A stretch of 64,000 nt of DNA. Source: Muribaculaceae bacterium (GTDB taxonomy: Bacteria > Bacteroidota > Bacteroidia > Bacteroidales > Muribaculaceae). Of this stretch, positions 8,856 to 17,528 are shown in pieces. A program made the position numbers and the translations under genes. Every line of letters begins with the position of its first letter. Positions within the stretch are counted from its first letter, which is position 1. Under the pieces are notes generated by a model, which had not been told where the DNA came from, ran no database searches, and saw only the letters and a program-made list of their open reading frames with translations. The stretch is taken from positions 13,450 through 77,449 of the forward strand of contig JAFYYU010000007.1 of the NCBI GenBank assembly GCA_017557425.1. The letters are read 5' to 3'.

Positions 8856-9989
8856 TTATCGGTTGCGCAGCATTTCCAGTACTTGTTCAACGGGCAGGGC
8901 GTCAACGTGGTAGCCGTTGCGGCCTGTCATCGAATCGGCCATGAACAGGGAGTTCCACAGCGCCTCGGCGGTAGCCTCGATGGTGGCGGCAAATATGGAC
9001 GACATCTCGCTGTTGGCCAGCACGGTAGAGGTAATCATTTTGGCCTTGTCGCTGATGAGGTTCCCGGGAGCGACCGACAGGGCGATGACATAGTCGCCGC
9101 TGCCGTTGGAAGCGATGCCGCCGGTCTTGGCCATGCCCATCATGGCACGTTTGGCGACACGTTCCAGGTTGCGCGAGTCGAGCGGGGCGTCAGTAATGAC
9201 GACCATCATGCAGGAGCCGTCCACATTCTCGGTCTTACGCACATGGTTGATGAAGTCATGCTTTTGGAGCTTTTGCCCCACCTGCACGCCGTCAATTTCG
9301 AGGATGCCGCCGTAGTTGGTCTGCACCAGCACGCCGATGGTGTAGCCGCCCAACGACTCGGGCAGCACGCGCGACGAGGTGCCGATGCCTCCCTTGAAAC
9401 CGAAGCAGATCGTACCCGTCCCCGCACCCACGTTACCCTGCTCGACAGGGCCGCCATGCGCCTTGTTGATGGCGTCGATGACCATTTGGGGCGTGACGTG
9501 CATGCCGCGGGTGTCATTCAGGCGCCCGTCATTGGTCTCGCCCACCACGGCATTGACCGAGTTCTCGCGCTCATGGCCGGGCTGCATTAGCGTGTAGCGA
9601 ATAACGCCTTCCATGCCGGCCGCCACGTTCAACGTGTTGGTCAGCACAATCGGCGTCTCGATGTTGCCCAGTTCACGCACCTGCGTCACACCCGACAGTT
9701 TGCCGAAGCCATTGCCCACATAGATGGCCGCCGGCACCTTGTTGCGGAAGATGTCGCCCTGGTGCGGCACGATGGCCGTGACACCCGTGCGCACGCTGTC
9801 GCCCTCGATCAAGGTCACATGGCCCACCGTCACACCGGGCACATCGGTAATGGCGTTATACTGGCCTGTCTCAAAAATCCCCGTGGGGAACCCCCACTCC
9901 CGCAGCGTCTTGTGCGTCTGTGCCGTTACCGCCAAGGTTACCAACATGGCGAATGCGATGCTAATCAATCTCCTCATCTCTTTAGTCAT
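8856..9989 (-). CDS. Secreted DmpA-family (P1/S58) aminopeptidase
   Basis: NAITDVPGVTVGH, GNGFGK, GETNDG, GAGTG, FKGGIGTSSR and the autocleavage motif NGSGD. Start is 9989 or 9977. Confidence 0.88.
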   Translation of the reverse strand: MTKEMRRLISIAFAMLVTLAVTAQTHKTLREWGFPTGIFETGQYNAITDVPGVTVGHVTLIEGDSVRTGVTAIVPHQGDIFRNKVPAAIYVGNGFGKLSGVTQVRELGNIETPIVLTNTLNVAAGMEGVIRYTLMQPGHERENSVNAVVGETNDGRLNDTRGMHVTPQMVIDAINKAHGGPVEQGNVGAGTGTICFGFKGGIGTSSRVLPESLGGYTIGVLVQTNYGGILEIDGVQVGQKLQKHDFINHVRKTENVDGSCMMVVITDAPLDSRNLERVAKRAMMGMAKTGGIASNGSGDYVIALSVAPGNLISDKAKMITSTVLANSEMSSIFAATIEATAEALWNSLFMADSMTGRNGYHVDALPVEQVLEMLRNR

Positions 9990-10144
9990 TAGTTTATCTA
10001 TCACAAAGATACATCAATCATCCCAATCATTGCTCTACTTACCCACAAAAAAGTGTCTGAATGCATTCTTCATCACGAAAACGGGTTACACCGTCACCCC
10101 ATAATGAAATAATTAGTATTTTTGTGCCTCTAACCATATCTATT

Positions 10145-10924
10145 ATGAGACTTCGTCAATTGTTTTTCATATCAGCATGCCTGGTGGCCTATGTGGCCTT
10201 TGCCCATGGGCACAACGACACCATCAGGGTCATGACTTTTAACCTGCATGCCGGCCATGATGCCAGCCTGCAGCAGATAGGGCTTCTCATCAAGCAATAC
10301 CAGCCCGATTTTGTCGCTTTACAGGAGGTGGATCAGAATACGCGGCGCTCCAATTGTCCGCATCAGAACAATCGTGATTTCATCACCGAGTTGGCCTATT
10401 TTAGCGGCATGCAAGGACTGTTCGGGCCCACCATCGAGTTCAGTGGAGGCTATTACGGCATTGGACTGCTCACGCGGCATCAGTTCGCTGATGTGCACAA
10501 CATCAAGTTGCCGCATCCTGTCGACCGCATGGAGCAGCGGGGCCTGCTCGAGGGCACTTTTATCCTTGCTGATGGCGACACCGTCATGTTTGCCTGCACG
10601 CATCTCGAGGCCTTCGACAGTGTCAGCCGGGCGGCCCAGGTGCCATTCATACTTGACCATTTTGCCGATTCAGCACACCCCGTTATCTTGGCCGGTGACT
10701 TAAATGCCTCGCCCGATGACCCTGTGATAGGGCTGCTCACCGCCCAATGGCTTGACAGCACCCCTGGCGATTTCACCTTCAGTGTGAAAGACCCTCGCGA
10801 GAAGATTGATTATATCCTTGCCCGCCCCAAACGGGCGTGGCGCACCATTGACTCGCAGGTCATTCCTGTTGAACTCAGCGACCACTATCCCGTCATCGCC
10901 ACACTGGTCCTCACCCGCGACTGA
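10145..10924 (+). CDS. Secreted endonuclease/exonuclease/phosphatase (EEP) family protein
   Basis: VMTFNL, VALQEVD, THL, AGDLNA, IDYI, SDHYPV; signal peptide. Confidence 0.88.
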   Translation: MRLRQLFFISACLVAYVAFAHGHNDTIRVMTFNLHAGHDASLQQIGLLIKQYQPDFVALQEVDQNTRRSNCPHQNNRDFITELAYFSGMQGLFGPTIEFSGGYYGIGLLTRHQFADVHNIKLPHPVDRMEQRGLLEGTFILADGDTVMFACTHLEAFDSVSRAAQVPFILDHFADSAHPVILAGDLNASPDDPVIGLLTAQWLDSTPGDFTFSVKDPREKIDYILARPKRAWRTIDSQVIPVELSDHYPVIATLVLTRD

Positions 10925-10957
10925 TACATAACAAACAGAACCTTCCTTTTATTGTAC

Positions 10958-11620
10958 TCACAAGCGGATGCTTTTGGAGCAGGCCTCGCACAGGTATTTT
11001 TCCTTGGCCAGGTCAGGCTTGCCGTTACAGTCGACCATGAAGCACTGCGGGTCATTGTTGGGGCAATGATTCAGTCCCAGGAAGCTGTGTCCGAACTCAT
11101 GCAGGACCACCTTCCAGAACTGGGTCTTGTCTTTCACCCTGAATGTGGAAATCACGCAGTTGGACTTTCCCGTATAGGATAGCCCCAATATGCCCCAATC
11201 GTCATATCCGTGAGCGTCTGTTGAGATATCGCAATCGGTCAAGCCGATGATGACATCGCCTTTCTGGCTCTGTAGGCTTGCCTGCTTGTCCAGAATATTG
11301 TCGGCGCGGTAACGGGTCTTGGCATCATTCATCAGGTCCTCGGTCAACGGCTTGGCGGGCAGCACCCGAACCTCGGTCACCGCCAGCTCTTTCACATAGG
11401 TGGCTAAATTCTTCTGCAACTCATCGGCCACCTTCTGCGCCCTCACATTCGAGAAATCGCCATAAGGTTGGATAAGGAGGCGGCAATGCGGGCTGGTACA
11501 TTCCACTTCAGCACTGGAGTCTGCCTCAACTTTCTTGATTCCCTTGTCATTTCTGCAACTCCAGGCAAGACACCCCAGTACCAATGCACAAGTGACCATA
11601 TACAACAACTGATGCTTCAT
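10958..11620 (-). CDS. Archaemetzincin-like (M54) Zn-metalloprotease lipoprotein
   Basis: HEFGHSFLGLNHC...CFM...CEAC (HExxH plus Cys4 site); lipobox LAWS-C. Confidence 0.8.
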   Translation of the reverse strand: MKHQLLYMVTCALVLGCLAWSCRNDKGIKKVEADSSAEVECTSPHCRLLIQPYGDFSNVRAQKVADELQKNLATYVKELAVTEVRVLPAKPLTEDLMNDAKTRYRADNILDKQASLQSQKGDVIIGLTDCDISTDAHGYDDWGILGLSYTGKSNCVISTFRVKDKTQFWKVVLHEFGHSFLGLNHCPNNDPQCFMVDCNGKPDLAKEKYLCEACSKSIRL

Positions 11621-12039
11621 AATACTCAAATCATTGACTATGCAAATATCGACATTTTTTCCAAAACTGCATCAAAGAGACGCTTCTTTTGATGTAATTA
11701 ATTCTTGTGAGCCAGCTATGTGTAAAAGTAGCATCCTCCAAAACCTTTAAAAACCTCTCAACGCCTGATCGAGAGGCGTTTGTGAAAAACCCATCAGGCG
11801 CGAAAAGGCGTCTAAAGGCGCAGAACGGCGCGAAAAGGGGGAGCGCACGCTCCCCCAAAATGTGCTACTTATGTCATGCTATTATTTTATCATAGACTCC
11901 CGTGTGGGCATCGACGCCAAGGGAAGTGGTTAAGAACTCGTATTATCAAATAAGACCTAATTTCCCTCCCAAATTAAACCTAACCATAGCTATTTTTCAA
12001 AATATAAAGAATGATTTCCACTCAAAAAACTGTGATTAT

Positions 12040-12071
12040 TTTGCTCAAATTAAAAAAGAATACTATTTTTG
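12040..12071 (+). promoter_or_regulatory. Bacteroidetes sigma-A promoter of the RiPP operon
   Basis: TTTG (12040-43), 20-bp spacer, TATTTTTG (12064-71). Confidence 0.6.
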
Positions 12072-12158
12072 CAAGCATGATAACCTTCGCAAACTGAGTA
12101 TTGTGATGGTATCGCCTAGTCTCAATTAGAATACTAGTATTGTCATTAATCTATAATA

Positions 12159-12716
12159 ATGTATAATATGAAGAGGGTCTTGTTATTGTGTATGCTGGCA
12201 TTTTTTGCTATAACAACAAGTTTCGCTACGGACTTTAACTATTATTATGATGGATATTGGGGCGAATGGTACAACGCGTATGGGGTTTGTCTTAAAGGTG
12301 ATTTTTCTGGATTTATTTGTTATTGGTATCACAATGGAGATGGTTCCTTGCGAGATCACCCTTCACAATGGTTCTTAAAAATTCAAATAAAAGATTATAT
12401 AGAACCATCACAAGTAATAAAGGACGCTCATCTCAAAGATAAAACTTGGTATGAATATACTGGAACCGTTGAGTACTACATCTCTGATGAGTATCAAGAT
12501 ATCAAAAGTGTACTTAAAAGTGCCTTAAACCCGATTCAACATTTTGTTAGACCTAGTAAACATCGAGTTGAGAAAGGAGAAACGCCTTGTGTGAAAAAAA
12601 CCGCACAAGCAACAATTAAAATAGCACCTTATAAAGACAATCCTAAGGATTACAATATTTGGTTTGACGGTGTTGGAATAGGTATTAGTATAAAAGACAC
12701 TGATTTTAAAAAATGA
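12159..12716 (+). CDS. Secreted hypothetical protein, paralog A
   Basis: Signal peptide; aligns end to end with 15756-16313. Stop overlaps the precursor start (ATGA). Start may be 12168. Confidence 0.8.
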   Translation: MYNMKRVLLLCMLAFFAITTSFATDFNYYYDGYWGEWYNAYGVCLKGDFSGFICYWYHNGDGSLRDHPSQWFLKIQIKDYIEPSQVIKDAHLKDKTWYEYTGTVEYYISDEYQDIKSVLKSALNPIQHFVRPSKHRVEKGETPCVKKTAQATIKIAPYKDNPKDYNIWFDGVGIGISIKDTDFKK

Positions 12717-13213
12717 AAGACGAGGTGCAATCAAGACGACGGTTCTTTAAGAATGTCGCAAAAACAGTCCTTCCTATATTAGGATGTTTGGCATTACCTG
12801 GCCCAATTAAAGCCGCAATTAGTGAGGTCTCAAATAGTCCTCAAGTCTCTCAAACATGTGGCGGTTCTTGCACTGGCCTTTGCACTACTTCGTGTTATAA
12901 TGGTTGTAAGACCGGTTGTAAAGGATGTAAAGGTAGTTGTGAGAATGGGTGCACAACTACCTGTGGCAGTGGTTGTGGGCAAGGGTGCAGCGGATCATGT
13001 AGAAATACATGTTCTACATCATGTCAAACCATTTGTCGTGATAATTGCATCTCATCTTGTTCTGGCACTTGCTCTAGTGGGTGCCAGGGTGATTGCATGT
13101 TTGGTTGTAGCGGCAACTGTCGTGGAGACTGCACTGGTACTTGCAAGGGCCGATGTAGTTATGGATGCTCTGGATGCTCTGTTCAGGTTTTTGGCGTCAG
13201 CGTTAGGTTTTGA
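12713..13213 (+). CDS. Cys-Xaa-Xaa-Xaa repeat radical SAM target (RiPP precursor)
   Basis: Twin-arginine-like leader SRRRFFK, then 28 Cys almost all in CXXX register; adjacent to a radical SAM gene. Confidence 0.9.
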   Translation: MKDEVQSRRRFFKNVAKTVLPILGCLALPGPIKAAISEVSNSPQVSQTCGGSCTGLCTTSCYNGCKTGCKGCKGSCENGCTTTCGSGCGQGCSGSCRNTCSTSCQTICRDNCISSCSGTCSSGCQGDCMFGCSGNCRGDCTGTCKGRCSYGCSGCSVQVFGVSVRF

Positions 13214-14436
13214 TGTATCCGATTAAACAAGAATCAGTAGAGTGGCAGTCTGGGAAAGCAAAAAACATCACGTTTATTGTAACGAAGGACTGCCAGCTGG
13301 CTTGCAAGTATTGTTATCTTGTAGGTAAGAACGATAAGGAGCGGATGTCTTGGGGCACTGCTAAAGAAGCTATTGATTATATTCTTGGACATGAAACTGA
13401 TTTCCCCGAAGAGAGTGTAGTTTGGGAATTCATTGGAGGTGAGCCGTTTCTGGAAATAGAGTTGATTGATCGAATCTGCGACTACCTCAAGGTCGAAATG
13501 TTCCGACATGGGCACCATTGGTTTGACAGTTACCGTTTCTCATTCTCGACTAATGGTATAAATTACCACTCTGAAAAGGTTCAACAGTTTATTGAGAAGA
13601 ACCACACACATCTATCCATTGGTATTACCATTGATGGAACACACGCTAAACATGATTTAAACCGTATCTATAAGGGTAATGGTCCAATAGAAAAAGGCTC
13701 TTATAATGATGTGGTGCGTAACATCCCATTGTGGTTAGAACAGTTCCCTGGAGGTGGCACCAAAGTAACTATTAGTAGCCCAGATATTCCATATATCTGT
13801 GAGAGTGTGTTGCATCTATACAGCCTTGGCATTCACGAGGTAAATATTAACTGTGTATTTGAGGATGTTTGGAAAGATGGAGATGACCGTCTATATGAGA
13901 ATCAATTGATACAACTGGCTGATGCAATTATTGATGGTGAATATTACAAAGATTATGCTTGCTCATTTTTTAGCGAAATAATAGGCAAGCCACTTGACCC
14001 GAAATTACATAATGAAAACTGGTGTGGTGCAGGAAAGATGCTAGCAGTAGATGCGAGTGGAAACTTTTATCCATGCACTCGTTTCGCAGCATATTCGTTG
14101 CGTGAAAAGCATCCAATTATCATAGGCAATGTTTATGATGGTATTGATAAGAACAAATTACGCCCGTTCCTGACATTGGATCGATTGACTCAAAGCCCAA
14201 GAAAATGCATTGAGTGCGAGATTGCTAGCGGTTGCGCCTGGTGTCAAGGGGAAAATTATGATGCAGCCGATACTTCGACAATTTATCAGCGATCCACCGC
14301 TATCTGCCTAATGCATAAGGCTCGCGTGCGCGCAAATAATTACTATTGGAATAAACTCTACCGCAAGTTGGAACTGGAAGGCGAACGAGAGCAATTTGAA
14401 AACAATAGACCTAAGTTAAACGATATCATCTGTTAA
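13213..14436 (+). CDS. Radical SAM/SPASM peptide maturase (CXXX-repeat target family)
   Basis: CQLACKYC, FIGGEP, STNG, ITIDG, SPASM CGAG..C..CIEC...CAWC. TGATG coupling to the precursor. Confidence 0.92.
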   Translation: MYPIKQESVEWQSGKAKNITFIVTKDCQLACKYCYLVGKNDKERMSWGTAKEAIDYILGHETDFPEESVVWEFIGGEPFLEIELIDRICDYLKVEMFRHGHHWFDSYRFSFSTNGINYHSEKVQQFIEKNHTHLSIGITIDGTHAKHDLNRIYKGNGPIEKGSYNDVVRNIPLWLEQFPGGGTKVTISSPDIPYICESVLHLYSLGIHEVNINCVFEDVWKDGDDRLYENQLIQLADAIIDGEYYKDYACSFFSEIIGKPLDPKLHNENWCGAGKMLAVDASGNFYPCTRFAAYSLREKHPIIIGNVYDGIDKNKLRPFLTLDRLTQSPRKCIECEIASGCAWCQGENYDAADTSTIYQRSTAICLMHKARVRANNYYWNKLYRKLELEGEREQFENNRPKLNDIIC

Positions 14437-14440
14437 TGCC

Positions 14441-15385
14441 ATGCTTCAGTACATGATTATATTGCTTGATGATACGAGCACATCGTTCTGTCACTATGAC
14501 GTAAACACTGCTAAGAAACGACTCATCAACCTTGACGACCTTCGCGCAGGCATTCGTATGGCGATGATTGAAAACTTGACCATCCAGTTCGTATATCCCG
14601 ATTATGATCTGCCCCAAGAATATAGAGACGTTATCCGCACTATTGACCACAGCGATATCAAGCCATTGACAAATGCCACGCAAGAAACTGATGTGATGAC
14701 TCTTGATGGATGGAGTTGGCATGTGGAAACGCAATATCTTGAGTCTCGGATTGTGGTTATTCGCACGTCGTTGCATGACCTGCTTGCGCATGGCGACGAA
14801 GTGGCTGTATTGTTGTCAAAAGCGCAGCGCCTTAATGTGGTTATTACAGACGTGGAACGGTTCTCCGATGACCAGCAAGTAATATACAATGAATGGCTCG
14901 GCAAGATGGGGCAAGAAGTTGAACGGCTATATGTTAATGGCACGTTGCCTCAATTCAATCTCTTGACTGACCGTATGATTCTAATGACCATGAACAACTG
15001 TGGTGCTGGAAACTCCTGTATCACTTTGGCTCCTAACGGCAAGTTTTACATCTGCCCTGCATTCTACTATGAGAATCATGAGGATAGTGTTGGTGATTTA
15101 GTGAATGGAATCATCATTCCCAACAATCAGCTTTATAAGCTGGATAATGCTCCCATATGCCGGAATTGTGATTCATGGCAATGCAAGCGTTGTGTATGGC
15201 TCAATCGAAAGATGACGCTTGAAGTTAATACGCCTAGTCATGAGCAATGCGTGATGGCTCATCTGGAACGCAACGCTTCTCGTGACTTGTTATTAAACAT
15301 TCGAAAACATGGTGCTTTCCTCCCCGAGACACCTGACATTCCTAAAATAGATTACCTTGATCCTTTTGATAATATCAATAACTAA
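14441..15385 (+). CDS. CXXX-repeat peptide maturase (degenerate rSAM with SPASM domain)
   Basis: No CxxxCxxC (only SFCHY), but retains CGAG..C..CPAF..CRNC...CKRC. Confidence 0.8.
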   Translation: MLQYMIILLDDTSTSFCHYDVNTAKKRLINLDDLRAGIRMAMIENLTIQFVYPDYDLPQEYRDVIRTIDHSDIKPLTNATQETDVMTLDGWSWHVETQYLESRIVVIRTSLHDLLAHGDEVAVLLSKAQRLNVVITDVERFSDDQQVIYNEWLGKMGQEVERLYVNGTLPQFNLLTDRMILMTMNNCGAGNSCITLAPNGKFYICPAFYYENHEDSVGDLVNGIIIPNNQLYKLDNAPICRNCDSWQCKRCVWLNRKMTLEVNTPSHEQCVMAHLERNASRDLLLNIRKHGAFLPETPDIPKIDYLDPFDNINN

Positions 15386-15398
15386 ATATTATATGTAA

Positions 15399-15674
15399 AT
15401 GGAAAAGAAATTAATTGGGCAGGTGACACCCGCCGAAAGAGATGAGATTAAACGTCTTTTTGAGAGGCGTAACGGACTAAATGAATTGGCAAAAATTCTT
15501 ACTGCAGACAACGCGGAACTTTATGAACGCCTAATTGCAGATATGGGCGAAACCGCTACTAAGTTCCAGCAATGGTGGGAAAAGATGGCGACCCTCTACA
15601 ATTGGGAAAGTCTTCCCGACGGAAACTGGGAAATCAATTTTGACACTTGTGAAATCTTTTTAAATAGACCATAA
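15399..15674 (+). CDS. CXXX-repeat peptide modification system small protein
   Basis: 91 aa, ERDEIKRLFERRNGLNEL...WW...WE...WEINFDTCEIF; matches the recalled family and its operon position. Confidence 0.75.
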   Translation: MEKKLIGQVTPAERDEIKRLFERRNGLNELAKILTADNAELYERLIADMGETATKFQQWWEKMATLYNWESLPDGNWEINFDTCEIFLNRP

Positions 15675-15755
15675 TCAAAACTTGCATTATTAACTATCGG
15701 TAGCCAATTATAATAGATATAAAAGAATAACTATAATCATCAATATCGAATTAAT

Positions 15756-16313
15756 ATGAAAAGATTAATGATTCTGTCGTTAGGTTTACTTTCAATATTA
15801 TCAAGTTATGCTATAAGTTTCTCTTTTTATTATGATGGTTTTTGGGGACGATGGCAGGAGGATAATATTAATGGTATAGCATGTTACGGTAACTATTCCG
15901 GATTCGTTTGTTATTGGGACTATCATGATGGATATGGGTTTTGGCAAGATCATCCTTCAGACTGGTTCTTTAAATTTCAGATAAAGAGTTATGTTGAACC
16001 GAGCAAGAAGGAAAAGAAACAGCATCTCAAGAAAAATGTTTGGTATGAATATACCGGTGTCGTTGAGTATTATATATCAGATGAATATCAAGACATTAAA
16101 AGTATACTTAAAAGCTCTATCGACTACACAATTAGTCATTTTGTGAGACCTAGTCGACATCGTGTTGAAGAAGGCAAAATGCCTTGTGTGAAAAGAACAG
16201 CCCAAGCTACGATTAAGATAGCTCCATATAAGGACCATCCTAAGGTTTACAATATTTTTTTTGAAGGTGTTGGAATTGCTATTGATTTAGGCAACACATA
16301 TTTTAAACTTTAA
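15756..16313 (+). CDS. Secreted hypothetical protein, paralog B
   Basis: Shares YYDGxWG, DHPSxWF, WYEYTGxVEYYISDEYQDIKS, HFVRPS and PCVKxTAQATIKIAPYKD with paralog A. Confidence 0.8.
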   Translation: MKRLMILSLGLLSILSSYAISFSFYYDGFWGRWQEDNINGIACYGNYSGFVCYWDYHDGYGFWQDHPSDWFFKFQIKSYVEPSKKEKKQHLKKNVWYEYTGVVEYYISDEYQDIKSILKSSIDYTISHFVRPSRHRVEEGKMPCVKRTAQATIKIAPYKDHPKVYNIFFEGVGIAIDLGNTYFKL

Positions 16314-16496
16314 GGTGTGTCCTTCCGCTTTTGAGATACTCAGTAAAGCGCAATCAACGAATACAAAATATTGAAAAGTGATAGGTTTACACTGAGGGTC
16401 AGCTAAAAGAATAACAAAATGGCAACCATAATCTTGAAATGCCAAGAACATGTGTTTGGTGAAAATGATAAAAAATGTGATTAATAGTTGGGGGCA

Positions 16497-17525
16497 ATGT
16501 CAATCAAATCAAAAGAAGAAATAGAAGCAGTTAAAACACAAAGCAAATTAGAACTACAGAATCTTTATCATCTTATTGAAAACTCAACTGAACGGTTAGT
16601 TCCACTATATGGAGTCATAGAAAACTACTTCTTTCAAGACATAGACATTCAAAAGTTAAAACCTTTAATTCCTCTTTGGATGGTTGATGCAGGGCATTCA
16701 CCAGAGTCGTTAGTCTCAAAGAATTGTTTTGATAAGCTGAGACAGGTTTATAGCGACTCCTTGGCTAATCGAATTATCCATTGGAGTGATGTGCAATTAT
16801 TATTGGGGGCATTACAAGATAGGTTGATGGCGGTAAAGAATCATCTTATACAGTTTTATCAGTACCTTCCATGCTATTGTCTATATGACGATAACGACTA
16901 TGAGTCAAGTAAAAGAATACTTGACAATTCGTCGGACATTGTTCATGCAGCCGCCAACAATGTGTTTGTATCATTGAACTCCTCATTTGATTTGCTCACA
17001 AAAATAGTGTACGAATGTTCGCACTACGATGCGACGGGCTTTGACAAGTATAAGAAAATGAAAAGCAGGAAAAAAAGTGCATTATACAATAAAGGCAATT
17101 ATGGGTTTGACGAGTTAAAAACAGACGGGTTGTTGTATAGTGAACCTGTATGTATTAGGACTGTTTGTAGTTTTAGAGATGAATTCTTGCATAATGGAGC
17201 CTGGGACTATCGTTGCGCTATCTATTATCCAATTATTGCAGGAGAACATGTTGAACCGTTTGTGGTTATGCCAGATATTGATGAAAAAGGAGTCCTTGTT
17301 TCTTCTGGTTCAAGGAATAAGTTTTATATAGGGAGAAAGAAACTTAATGTGGAATTTCCAAGATTAGTTACAGATGTTTTTCTGGTGTTGGATAGGACAA
17401 TAACAACATTTCATGATGTGTTGACAAGAAAAACGGTTACTAAAGACAAAGGCTTTGCGACGAGAGCAGCACTTAGAATACTACAACATAATCAGGAGAT
17501 ATTAAACGGTTATTATCAAAGATAA
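16497..17525 (+). CDS. Putative HEPN-domain protein (Cthe_2314-like)
   Basis: Helical protein with SSFDLLTK and an Rx4H motif RDEFLH; AT-rich. Alternative TTG start at 16488. Confidence 0.6.
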   Translation: MSIKSKEEIEAVKTQSKLELQNLYHLIENSTERLVPLYGVIENYFFQDIDIQKLKPLIPLWMVDAGHSPESLVSKNCFDKLRQVYSDSLANRIIHWSDVQLLLGALQDRLMAVKNHLIQFYQYLPCYCLYDDNDYESSKRILDNSSDIVHAAANNVFVSLNSSFDLLTKIVYECSHYDATGFDKYKKMKSRKKSALYNKGNYGFDELKTDGLLYSEPVCIRTVCSFRDEFLHNGAWDYRCAIYYPIIAGEHVEPFVVMPDIDEKGVLVSSGSRNKFYIGRKKLNVEFPRLVTDVFLVLDRTITTFHDVLTRKTVTKDKGFATRAALRILQHNQEILNGYYQR

Positions 17526-17528
17526 TTA

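Noticed and set aside
201-9590. Long plus-strand ORFs (e.g. 722-1873, 4377-5333, 6734-7480, 8721-9590)
   Set aside because: Antisense shadows of GC-rich minus-strand genes; no motifs of their own.
12855-13180. Periodic TGT/TGC pattern resembling a repeat array
   Set aside because: Fully explained by the Cys codons of the CXXX precursor.
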